Shown here: positions 46,796 to 55,445 of the stretch, piece after piece | How positions within the stretch are numbered: position 1 is the stretch's first letter | Layout of the letters: every line of letters begins with the position of its first letter | Origin: Ruminococcus sp. | Lineage (GTDB): Bacteria > Bacillota > Clostridia > Oscillospirales > Acutalibacteraceae | Length of the DNA stretch: 64,000 bases | Direction of reading: 5' to 3' | Assembly (NCBI GenBank): GCA_045133455.1 | Contig: JBGUUJ010000035.1 | Coordinates: 2,550 to 66,549 of the forward strand | The notes under the pieces: generated by a model | The model's input: only the letters and a program-made list of their open reading frames with translations | The model's database searches: none | What the model was told of the DNA's origin: nothing | Made by a program: the position numbers and the translations under genes

Positions 46796-47005
46796 ATGCA
46801 TATTACTACGATAAAAGGCGCTGACGGCGGCAGAGCGGAAGCTTCCCGTCCTACCGATGCAGAACTGCAGAACGAATACAACTACATCCTGGCAGAGAAT
46901 CTCACGAAGAAGCTGCTGGAAAAGGGGCTGATTTCTGTGGATGAATTCGACAAGATCATGGAGAAAAATCGGCGAACTTTCTCCCCGTTATTCTCCCGTA
47001 TCTGA
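46796..47005 (+). CDS. small conserved-looking protein preceding the recombinases
   Basis: ORF with strong RBS; no motif recognised. Confidence 0.5.
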   Translation: MHITTIKGADGGRAEASRPTDAELQNEYNYILAENLTKKLLEKGLISVDEFDKIMEKNRRTFSPLFSRI

Positions 47006-47077
47006 ACAGATATAACTTGCTATTTAGACACTTCAGAGTGATATATAGACTACCCTGAAAGAAAGGAGACCGAGACT

Positions 47078-48619
47078 ATGAAACGGATAACAAAGATTGA
47101 GGCAGCCGATACCGGAGCGGTGCGAAAGCTGCGTGTGGCAGCATACGCCAGAGTTTCCACAGACTCCGAAGAACAGCTTATCAGCCTGGATGCCCAGAAG
47201 AACCATTACGAAGTTCTAATCCGTTCCCGCAGGGACTGGGAATACGCAGGACTGTACTACGATGAAGGCATCAGCGGAACCAAGATGGCGAAGCGAGACG
47301 GTCTGCTTTCCATGTTTGCAGACTGCGAGAGAGGGCTGATCGACTATATCATCGTCAAATCCATCAGCCGATTTTCCCGAAACACGGTGGAGAGCATTGA
47401 GACTGTCCGCAGGCTCTGCAGCATGGGCATTTACATCCTGTTTGAGAAGGAGAATATCGATACCGGAAAGATGGAGGGCGAACTGCTGCTCTCCATTCTG
47501 TCAAGTCTGGCAGAAAGCGAATCCCGCTCCATTTCCGAAAACGAGACCTGGAGCATTCAGAAACGCTTCCGCAACGGCACCTACAAAATCGCCTATCCTC
47601 CCTACGGTTACGATTACACAGATGGAGAGATGGTGGTGAACCAGACGCAGAGCGAAATTGTGAAGTGGATCTTCGCAGAGGTTCTTTCCGGAAGCAGTAC
47701 AACGCAGATTGCCAAGGCACTGAATGCCAGGGGCATATCCACCAAGCGGGGCGGCAGATGGACAGGTCATACCATCAACGGCATGATCAAGAATGAGAAG
47801 TACACCGGGGATGTTATCTTCCAGAAGACCTACTCCGATGATACCTTTACACGCCGCAGGAACAACGGTGAAAGAGACCAGTTCTTCGTACAGGGACACC
47901 ACGAAGCCATCATCAGCCATGAGGATTTTGATGCCGCCAACGACATGATCGCAAGGAATGCTGCCGAGAAAGGCATCTGCGCTGACAGCCGGAAGTACCA
48001 AAACCGATACTGCTTTTCGGGAAAAATCATTTGCGGTAACTGCGGTGCAGTGTGGAAACGCAGGAAGATATCGGGTTATTTCGGCTATGCCTGCACCACG
48101 CACCTTGAAAATAAAGATGTCTGCGGTATGAAATCCATTCGGGAAGACAGCATCATGGCGGCATTTGCCACGATGATGAACAAGCTGATATTCGCAAGAT
48201 ACAAGGTCCTTCTTCCCTTCTCAAACGCACTGAAGACCGCTGAAAAGGCAGAGTGCCTGGATGAGTTTACGGCGTTGGAAGAAGGGCTTGAGAAGAACCT
48301 TCAGAAAAGACAGCAGATCACACAGCTTTTCACGAAGGGCTACCTTGACCCTGCGGTCTACGCACAGCAGAACGATGAGCTTCTGAGTGCGAGTGCAAGG
48401 CTTACCGCTGAGAAGGACGCCATCATCGCAAAGATCAGTGGTGGCAGCAGGCAGAAGGAAGCACTGGAAGACATCCTTCACTACACTTCAGGAGCTTCCA
48501 TGATGACAGAATTTGACGAAGACCTTTTCATAAGATTTGTGAACAGGGTCATCGTTTACAGCAGAACGGAGATTGGATTCGACATGAAATGCGGACCCGT
48601 CTTCCGGGAAAGGATTTGA
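47078..48619 (+). CDS. large serine recombinase
   Basis: [14 protein letters not shown] catalytic Ser region; recombinase domain; Zn ribbon CGNCG...C. Confidence 0.9.
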   Translation: MKRITKIEAADTGAVRKLRVAAYARVSTDSEEQLISLDAQKNHYEVLIRSRRDWEYAGLYYDEGISGTKMAKRDGLLSMFADCERGLIDYIIVKSISRFSRNTVESIETVRRLCSMGIYILFEKENIDTGKMEGELLLSILSSLAESESRSISENETWSIQKRFRNGTYKIAYPPYGYDYTDGEMVVNQTQSEIVKWIFAEVLSGSSTTQIAKALNARGISTKRGGRWTGHTINGMIKNEKYTGDVIFQKTYSDDTFTRRRNNGERDQFFVQGHHEAIISHEDFDAANDMIARNAAEKGICADSRKYQNRYCFSGKIICGNCGAVWKRRKISGYFGYACTTHLENKDVCGMKSIREDSIMAAFATMMNKLIFARYKVLLPFSNALKTAEKAECLDEFTALEEGLEKNLQKRQQITQLFTKGYLDPAVYAQQNDELLSASARLTAEKDAIIAKISGGSRQKEALEDILHYTSGASMMTEFDEDLFIRFVNRVIVYSRTEIGFDMKCGPVFRERI

Positions 48620-48621
48620 TT

Positions 48622-49035
48622 ATGAAGCACACACCATACGGATACGACATTGTGGGCAGTGCGGCAGTCATAAACGAAGAACAGGCTGCCAACCTGCGAA
48701 AGCTGTGTGAGAACTACCTTTCCGGCATGTCTTTTGTACAGGCGGCAAAGGATATAGGACTGGAGATGAAGCACAGCGGTGTCAAGAGACTGATGCAGAA
48801 CCCACGCTATCTTGGTGACGATTTCTATCCGGCAATACTTACTCCAGAGATTGCCCAGGCAGTGGAAGCCGAAAGGCTGAGAAGAGATGCCCTTTACAAG
48901 GGTACAAGATACAAGAAGGAAGCTGTAACCACGGTGATTCCTACAAGGTTTTCCATGAAGCGCACCGCTCTGAAATACCAAGATCCAATCAAGCAGGCAG
49001 AATACGCCTACAGTCAGATAAAGGAGGCGAAGTAA
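48622..49035 (+). CDS. recombinase-domain-only protein (no resolvase catalytic domain)
   Basis: YGYDIVGSAAVINEEQAANLRKLCENYLSGMSF resembles the recombinase domain of large serine recombinases; lacks the N-terminal Ser motif. Confidence 0.55.
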   Translation: MKHTPYGYDIVGSAAVINEEQAANLRKLCENYLSGMSFVQAAKDIGLEMKHSGVKRLMQNPRYLGDDFYPAILTPEIAQAVEAERLRRDALYKGTRYKKEAVTTVIPTRFSMKRTALKYQDPIKQAEYAYSQIKEAK

Positions 49036-50610
49036 ATGCAGGCACTGGCACAGAATGTTACCGTCATTCCGGCACGAAGACGAGTCGGTTCACAGAGAAC
49101 GGCTGCACAGGTTCAGAAAACAAGAGTTGCCGCCTACTGCCGTGTTTCTACTGACTCCGAAGAACAGGAAACCAGCTACGAAGCACAGGTCAGCCACTAC
49201 ACAGAGTACATCCAGCGAAAACCGGAATGGCAGATGGTTGAGGTCTATGCTGATGACGGTATTTCAGGCACCAACACCGCTAAGCGAGAGGAATTTAACC
49301 GCATGATCGCAGACTGCGAAGCCGGAAAGATTGATCTGATACTTACCAAGTCTATCAGCCGATTCTCAAGAAATACGCTGGACTGCCTGAAATACACAAG
49401 AAAGCTGAAAGCACTGAATATCGCCGTTTTCTTTGAAAAAGAGAACATCAACACCCTGGATTCCAAGGGTGAGGTGCTTCTTACCATCATGGCTTCCCTT
49501 GCTCAGCAGGAATCCGAATCCCTGTCCGCCAATGTGCGAATGGGTATCCAGTACCGCAACCAACAGGGCAAGGTACAGATCAACCACAACTGGTTTCTGG
49601 GCTACACCAAAGACGCAGACGGCAATCTGGTTATCGACCCGGAACAGGCAGAGATAGTCCGCCGTATTTATCGGGAGTACCTGGAAGGGGCAAGCTTCCT
49701 GCAGATCAAGAGGAGCCTGGAAGCAGACGGTATTCCCAACGGAGCGGGACACCTCAAATGGCATGAGAGCAACATCCATCAGATTCTGACCAATGAGAAG
49801 TACATCGGCGATGCCCTCCTGCAAAAGACATACACGGTCAGCATCCTGGACAAGAAACGTGCCACCAACAACGGCGAGATGCCGAAATACTATGTGGAAG
49901 GCAGTCATGAGGCAATCATCAGCAAAGATGTTTTTATGAAGGTCAAAGCAGAGATTGCAAGACGTGCCAATCTGAATCCTGGCGGTAAACGCAGAGTTTA
50001 CAGCAGCAAGTACGCTCTTTCCGGTATGGTGTTCTGCGGGCACTGTGGAGACATCTACCGCAGGGTGAAATGGAACAACCGAGGCTGCAAATCCACGGTC
50101 TGGCGATGCGTAAGCAGGGTTCTTAAGAAAGATGTGGATTTTGACTGCCCTGCAAGAACGGTAAAAGAAGAAGTTTTGCAAGGTGCTGTCCTCACAGCGG
50201 TCAACGATGCCTACGCAAGAAGGAACGCCGTCATCTCACTTCTGAAAACAAACATTCAGGAAACGGTCTTTGATGACCTGGAAGCGAAGATTGCGGCGAT
50301 TGATGGACAGCTAGCAGAACTTCAGCGGCAGTTGGTCGACAACTCCGGTAATCATGAATTGGTGGAAGAGCTGGCAGATCAGATTGATGCTCTTCGAGGA
50401 GAACGTCAGGACATCCTTGCAGAGGCAGCAGAGCGAACTGACCTGCAGTCACGAATGAACGACATGATTGCTTTCCTGGAAGAAATGCCCAAAGCTGTTA
50501 CGGAGTACAGCGAAGCCCTCGCAAGAAGGCTGGTCGATAAGATTACCATTTTCGATGAGAAGATTGTGGTGGAACTGAAATCCGGCCTTCAGATGGAAGT
50601 GGAAGGATGA
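49036..50610 (+). CDS. large serine recombinase
   Basis: [14 protein letters not shown]; Zn ribbon CGHCG...C; C-terminal coiled coil. Confidence 0.9.
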   Translation: MQALAQNVTVIPARRRVGSQRTAAQVQKTRVAAYCRVSTDSEEQETSYEAQVSHYTEYIQRKPEWQMVEVYADDGISGTNTAKREEFNRMIADCEAGKIDLILTKSISRFSRNTLDCLKYTRKLKALNIAVFFEKENINTLDSKGEVLLTIMASLAQQESESLSANVRMGIQYRNQQGKVQINHNWFLGYTKDADGNLVIDPEQAEIVRRIYREYLEGASFLQIKRSLEADGIPNGAGHLKWHESNIHQILTNEKYIGDALLQKTYTVSILDKKRATNNGEMPKYYVEGSHEAIISKDVFMKVKAEIARRANLNPGGKRRVYSSKYALSGMVFCGHCGDIYRRVKWNNRGCKSTVWRCVSRVLKKDVDFDCPARTVKEEVLQGAVLTAVNDAYARRNAVISLLKTNIQETVFDDLEAKIAAIDGQLAELQRQLVDNSGNHELVEELADQIDALRGERQDILAEAAERTDLQSRMNDMIAFLEEMPKAVTEYSEALARRLVDKITIFDEKIVVELKSGLQMEVEG

Positions 50611-50633
50611 TTTGTCTTCCTTCTTTGTAGTTA

Positions 50634-50662
50634 TTGACATATTTCGGATAAACGAATATAAT
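50634..50662 (+). promoter_or_regulatory. consensus sigmaA promoter of the HEPN-like cassette
   Basis: TTGACA, 17-nt spacer, TATAAT; spacer shares GATAAACGA with the promoter at 57071-57099. Confidence 0.7.
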
Positions 50663-50714
50663 ATATTTGGGAAACTACTATTTCAGCGGTAGCAACTTAT
50701 CTGGGGGTTTCAGT

Positions 50715-53700
50715 ATGGATACTTTGAACTGGAAATGTATTTTTAAACATAATCAGCAAATCTATTTTACACATAACTCCTTGGCTAAAGGCGATATTTC
50801 CGATGGAGTTAATATCGTTAGGGAATATACCAAGGAAAATGTGACCGGGTGTACATATAATGGCGAATTGATTTGGCTCAGCATTATGGGCAGTAATGAA
50901 CTCATATGTATTGATTCTCAAGAAAATGAAAACTATTTGCCTATTTTATCTTACGATACTGTTCAAATTATGAATATGGTAACAGGTCAAAAGGGAATCA
51001 TGGTATTAAAAGGTGTGTGTGGTGACGAGTCTGATTTCTTCCTGTTTGATGGAATAAAAGGCTGCGTGCTCTGCAAACTCCCAATTCACAAAGAATATCT
51101 TGACTTTGCAATTGAAAGTGATGGTAAAGGATTTCTTTTGTGTGAGGAACCCATTGCTGTCCCTGGGCGTTATAGTGACGAAGTTGATGATACAGAAGTG
51201 TTGTTTTTTGCCGAAGTAACTTGGGGTACCGAAAGTTTGCACGCTAATATTGAAAGATCGATTTCGCTGTATATCGACAATAATTATGACTGCTCTGATA
51301 AACTATCTTACGGTGATAATTTGAGATTTCCGTTGTTTGACCAATACCTTTGGGAGTGGTTAGAACAGAAATCGTTCTCTTCGAGCGGAAAATACGTAAT
51401 TTATTATTCGAAAGATATCAAGGGAATCATTATTGGCAATCCGGTTGGAGGCAAAATACATAGGATTTTTTCTGTGCCTGAGGAAATTGCGGATTGTAAT
51501 AGTTGTTATTACTATAACGATGTTTCCGAGGAATTACTTATTATTACTAAATCCAATGAAATCAGAAGGTATGCGCTTTGTTGCGATTCCGAAGAAGCGA
51601 TTGAGAAATTAAATGTTGCATACGACGATGCTTATAACAAAAAAAGAAGTTTGTCTCCTAAGCATAACCCTGGAGACATGACATTTATAAACATATTGTA
51701 TCGTGCCATTGGCAGTTGTACATTCAAACCACTGGGACTTTCAGCCGCAGAAGTAGCGAATCGGCATGAAAGTATTCATCATATATCACTCACAGTTAAA
51801 ACACCTATATCCGGAAAGGTACTAATTGAAAAGGACCGGCAAGATCTTGGCTACATAGACTGTGATAACGAAGAATTCGAGAAGACCTTTGATTTTGATA
51901 CTGAAGATAGTACATTTGGCATTGTATTTCTTGCAAGTTCTATTGAAAAGGTTGTTCACTTCAATTCTTCTGTTAATGGTGGGAATCTTAAAGTTGATAT
52001 GCAAAACCATTTGCAATCCGAAGAGATTATACAATGTTGCAGCAGAATTGTCGCAAGAAGAAAACTTCAAACATATCCAACTGATATATACGCTATATAT
52101 CAATTAGGTTGGGTCGGAACAGAGGAAGATTTGAACTTCCTGTTAGGAATACTCGAAGATCATTTTCTAGAGTCTACCTTGTCTTATGGAAATGATGGAA
52201 ATCGAGTTTGGACTGCCGCGAGGACGGTAGCAGATTTGTCAACCAAATATAAAAGAAACGATGCTATTCCCCTTTTGAAACGGATTGCAAAAACAGCAAA
52301 AAATGCGGGGATGTTAAAAATAGCTGAACTTGTAGATAATTGCCGGGTAGATTTGGAAACACACAGAGATTTCGTTTCTTATAAATACCGTACCGATATT
52401 CTTATAAGAACACATTTGGTTGTTCAAGTCTACTTCAACACTAAGGACAACTGGGTTGCTGAGATTGATGGATCAGTTGGCTTCGAGAAAATGATAGATT
52501 GGTGTTATGTTAGATCGAACAAAGAACGAAACATTTTGATTGTTGAATCTGTTTATGGGAATCAGACTTTTGATATTGATATCAAGAACAATAATCCTTA
52601 TTATCGTCAGGTAATTGATGTTGATCCGCCGGTGTTTTCCAGAGAGTTAGCTCAAGAAGTGCTTAAATCCCGCGGAGATAGAATTTTGGTTATTCCTGAA
52701 GGAATAGAGACTTTGGCTGATGATTTTGCTTTATTGTTTGATGAAAAGGATGAGAAGTATCATTTTTACGAGATTGATATTCCTTCTTCGGTCAGGGTTA
52801 TTGAACCATTGTTTATAACAAAGGATCCTGGCGATGCTTGGGCATGTGGGAAAGACTTTGACTGTTTTGATGAGATAACCGTTGCAGCTGGCAATGAGTA
52901 TTTTTGCTCTGTAGATGGTGTGTTGTTTACAAAGGATATGAAAAAACTACTTTGCTATCCTTGTGGAAAGCAAGCAGAGACATATATTGTTCCAGAAGGG
53001 GTTGAAGTTATAGGTGCCTTTGCTTTCCAATGCAATCAGTTTTTAGAGAAGGTGAATTTACCGTCTACTATCAAGATTATTGAATGGAAGGCATTCAGCT
53101 TTTGTGAGAAGCTGTGTGAAATTTTTCTCCCAGATGGGCTTGAAACTATAGATGAAGATGCGTTTGAGTTCTGCAATATAAAACATCTAACGCTTCCAAA
53201 GAGTTTGAAGAAGATTCATTGGCTGAATTTGTCATCTATAGGTTCCGGCATATTAAACTTAGAGATTCTCGACAGCAATACTGAGATTGATATGTCGGGG
53301 TATTATGCAAGTGGCGAGGAGCCATATACGCCACCGTTATTCCTAATAAGGGGAAAAAATCCAGTTTTCGAGAAATACGCCAGGAGGCACAAAAGAAATT
53401 TTGCCCACGATTATTATGTTGATGAAACAGGAATTGTATGGGCAGCGGATGGAAACGAAATTATTGAATTTCCTATGCATTGGTCAAGTGATGTATACAA
53501 GATTCCCGAGAATGTAACCAGTATTCATAGGTGGGCATTTAACCAATCAGGCGTAAAACATATTATTATGCAGAGAGAACTGAAAACAGTCGGCAACACA
53601 TCAGGAAATGATTTCAGTCGAATTGCTTCTAAAACTGATTTTAGATATGACCCAGACTTTATTGTTATAGAGGAGAGCGTGAATGAGGATTTAAGACATA

Positions 53701-55055
53701 CGCAAACAGAAATGGACCTTGATACTGTTTATTCCGGAAAGAGTGGAAAAGTATATACGACAATCGAGCTACTAGGGCATGGAAGCGACGGAAGCGTATA
53801 TCGAATTCGGGAAGACTCTCGTTTTGTTGCAATGATTTATTCCGAGCATAGACGAACGGATGCTCAACATAAAACCCTCCTAGCGATGGTTGAAAACCCG
53901 TTGCCTATTGCTAAAATGATCGAACAACAAATCGAGTGGCCTGTTGATATTCTCTATGTTAATGAGGTTTTCTGTGGGTATATTATGCCGTGGATATACA
54001 ATGAAGATGCAGCTGGGGCTTTAAGTTCCTCACAACCGGAGTTGGTTGCCTCTTCCAAATTAGATATTAATCTTACGGATGCTGAACAAATGATACTTGA
54101 TGAACTCCGTACTCTTAAAGAGATGGTAGCGTCAGACCATCAAATCGCAGTGGACACTAATATAACTGTAAAATCGTTAGCCCGTTTTGTTGAAACTGAT
54201 TTACAGACTTGGATTTCAACAAATCGCCCAAGGATCGATGATGAAGCTCTGATTGAGCAATTTGCTCATAGAGCAACGGATTATATAAATGCGCATGTAA
54301 AAGGTTCAAATCAGGAGGTTCAAGAAGAAGAAAAACATCTTCGAAATGTTTTTGGTAATACTTGGAGCAGACTTCTGCCTTCAACGCAGTCTAGCTTGAT
54401 CTCGGCTAGTGTTCTTTGGAATTTATGTGCGAATATTTCGGTAGCAGGTTTTGACTACAGCGGCATTATTATAGCAGCAACATCGGCATTGGAGTCGGAA
54501 TTAAAAAGAGTGTTTTATACAGACTTCCAGACATATATGCTTTCTAAGTATGGTAATCCCCAAACACAGTCTGCGGAAAGAACATATGCTTTTTGGCCTG
54601 AACGATTGCTGTCAAAAACAAAAGCCGAATATGATAACGAAATGAGCAGAGGTTCGGCTTCGTTACCGCAGCTAGCGGATAGTTTTACCATGGGAACACT
54701 GCCGTACATGTTTAAGGATGACAAAAATCCGAATCAGCAAGGTGTTCTCCGAAAAAGAATGAGGGAATATTTGCAAACGATTGTTCTGGAAGATGTCCTA
54801 AAAAAATATACTGATAATTCTTATTCTGATCCGCTCAAAGTATTTAACAATTATTCGGATGATTACAATTTTGTGAGACAATGTGAAAGCATTCGAACTC
54901 TTTATAGAAATCCGGCTGGTCATGTAGATGTGCTGTCACGCGAAAGTGCAGAAGAATGTTATACAAGAGTAGTCGGAGTTGGAAAAGTTGATGCCTTCCG
55001 GTTTGCTCATGAGGTTCAAGGTCTTATTATGACACTTTATGGATATCTGAAATGA
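50715..55055 (+). CDS. 1446-aa multidomain protein: unassigned N-terminus, BspA-type LRRs, truncated kinase-like N-lobe, C-terminal Rx4H (HEPN-like) module
   Basis: LRR_5-like repeats 52686-53575 (YIVPEGVEVIGAFAFQCNQFLEKVNLPSTIKIIEWKAFSFCEKL); LGHGSDGSVY 53772-53801; RNPAGH 54906-54923; ATG 50715 preferred over the ORF-track start. Confidence 0.7.
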   Translation: MDTLNWKCIFKHNQQIYFTHNSLAKGDISDGVNIVREYTKENVTGCTYNGELIWLSIMGSNELICIDSQENENYLPILSYDTVQIMNMVTGQKGIMVLKGVCGDESDFFLFDGIKGCVLCKLPIHKEYLDFAIESDGKGFLLCEEPIAVPGRYSDEVDDTEVLFFAEVTWGTESLHANIERSISLYIDNNYDCSDKLSYGDNLRFPLFDQYLWEWLEQKSFSSSGKYVIYYSKDIKGIIIGNPVGGKIHRIFSVPEEIADCNSCYYYNDVSEELLIITKSNEIRRYALCCDSEEAIEKLNVAYDDAYNKKRSLSPKHNPGDMTFINILYRAIGSCTFKPLGLSAAEVANRHESIHHISLTVKTPISGKVLIEKDRQDLGYIDCDNEEFEKTFDFDTEDSTFGIVFLASSIEKVVHFNSSVNGGNLKVDMQNHLQSEEIIQCCSRIVARRKLQTYPTDIYAIYQLGWVGTEEDLNFLLGILEDHFLESTLSYGNDGNRVWTAARTVADLSTKYKRNDAIPLLKRIAKTAKNAGMLKIAELVDNCRVDLETHRDFVSYKYRTDILIRTHLVVQVYFNTKDNWVAEIDGSVGFEKMIDWCYVRSNKERNILIVESVYGNQTFDIDIKNNNPYYRQVIDVDPPVFSRELAQEVLKSRGDRILVIPEGIETLADDFALLFDEKDEKYHFYEIDIPSSVRVIEPLFITKDPGDAWACGKDFDCFDEITVAAGNEYFCSVDGVLFTKDMKKLLCYPCGKQAETYIVPEGVEVIGAFAFQCNQFLEKVNLPSTIKIIEWKAFSFCEKLCEIFLPDGLETIDEDAFEFCNIKHLTLPKSLKKIHWLNLSSIGSGILNLEILDSNTEIDMSGYYASGEEPYTPPLFLIRGKNPVFEKYARRHKRNFAHDYYVDETGIVWAADGNEIIEFPMHWSSDVYKIPENVTSIHRWAFNQSGVKHIIMQRELKTVGNTSGNDFSRIASKTDFRYDPDFIVIEESVNEDLRHTQTEMDLDTVYSGKSGKVYTTIELLGHGSDGSVYRIREDSRFVAMIYSEHRRTDAQHKTLLAMVENPLPIAKMIEQQIEWPVDILYVNEVFCGYIMPWIYNEDAAGALSSSQPELVASSKLDINLTDAEQMILDELRTLKEMVASDHQIAVDTNITVKSLARFVETDLQTWISTNRPRIDDEALIEQFAHRATDYINAHVKGSNQEVQEEEKHLRNVFGNTWSRLLPSTQSSLISASVLWNLCANISVAGFDYSGIIIAATSALESELKRVFYTDFQTYMLSKYGNPQTQSAERTYAFWPERLLSKTKAEYDNEMSRGSASLPQLADSFTMGTLPYMFKDDKNPNQQGVLRKRMREYLQTIVLEDVLKKYTDNSYSDPLKVFNNYSDDYNFVRQCESIRTLYRNPAGHVDVLSRESAEECYTRVVGVGKVDAFRFAHEVQGLIMTLYGYLK

Positions 55056-55074
55056 TTATTTGGTGGAGGCGATT

Positions 55075-55275
55075 ATGAGAGATTTCATGACGGTGCAAGA
55101 AGCGGCAACTCGATGGGGTGTAACAGAACGTCAAGTTCAAGTGCTGTGTAAGAGCGAAAAAATAGAAGGCGTATCACGCGTGGGAAGAAATTGGATTATT
55201 CCGATTGACGCAGAAAAGCCCAAAGATGGACGAATTAAATCAGGAAGATATCGTAACATAGACCGCGAACGTTGA
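55075..55275 (+). CDS. small excisionase/MerR-superfamily HTH DNA-binding protein
   Basis: MTVQEAATRWGVTERQVQVLCKSEKIEGVSRVGRNWIIPIDAEKP; RBS GGTGGAGG. Confidence 0.7.
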   Translation: MRDFMTVQEAATRWGVTERQVQVLCKSEKIEGVSRVGRNWIIPIDAEKPKDGRIKSGRYRNIDRER

Positions 55276-55445
55276 TCGTAACAGTGCCCTAGCGATAAAT
55301 ACTTGTATTACTGGGGCACTACACAAATTGAGTATAATATTTTTCTTAGCCAGCGAATGCTTCCGAGTGTGAAATGCCGAAGATTAAGTGTAAAAATAAT
55401 CTGATTGAAGTGCTGCTTTGAGCTTGAAATTTGGAGGAAGATAAA

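Larger units (their letters stand above)
9376..50633 (+). mobile_element. siphovirus-type prophage with serine-recombinase integration module at the right end (boundaries approximate)
   Basis: Contiguous same-strand replication, packaging, head, tail and lysis modules plus recombinases 47078-50610; composition shifts at both ends; att sites not identifiable by eye. Confidence 0.75.

Noticed and set aside
53728-53996. An active Ser/Thr kinase domain in the giant protein.
   Set aside because: Only an N-lobe-like segment is present, the ATP-anchoring Lys position is Met, and no HRD/DFG segment follows. It is treated as a degenerate remnant.
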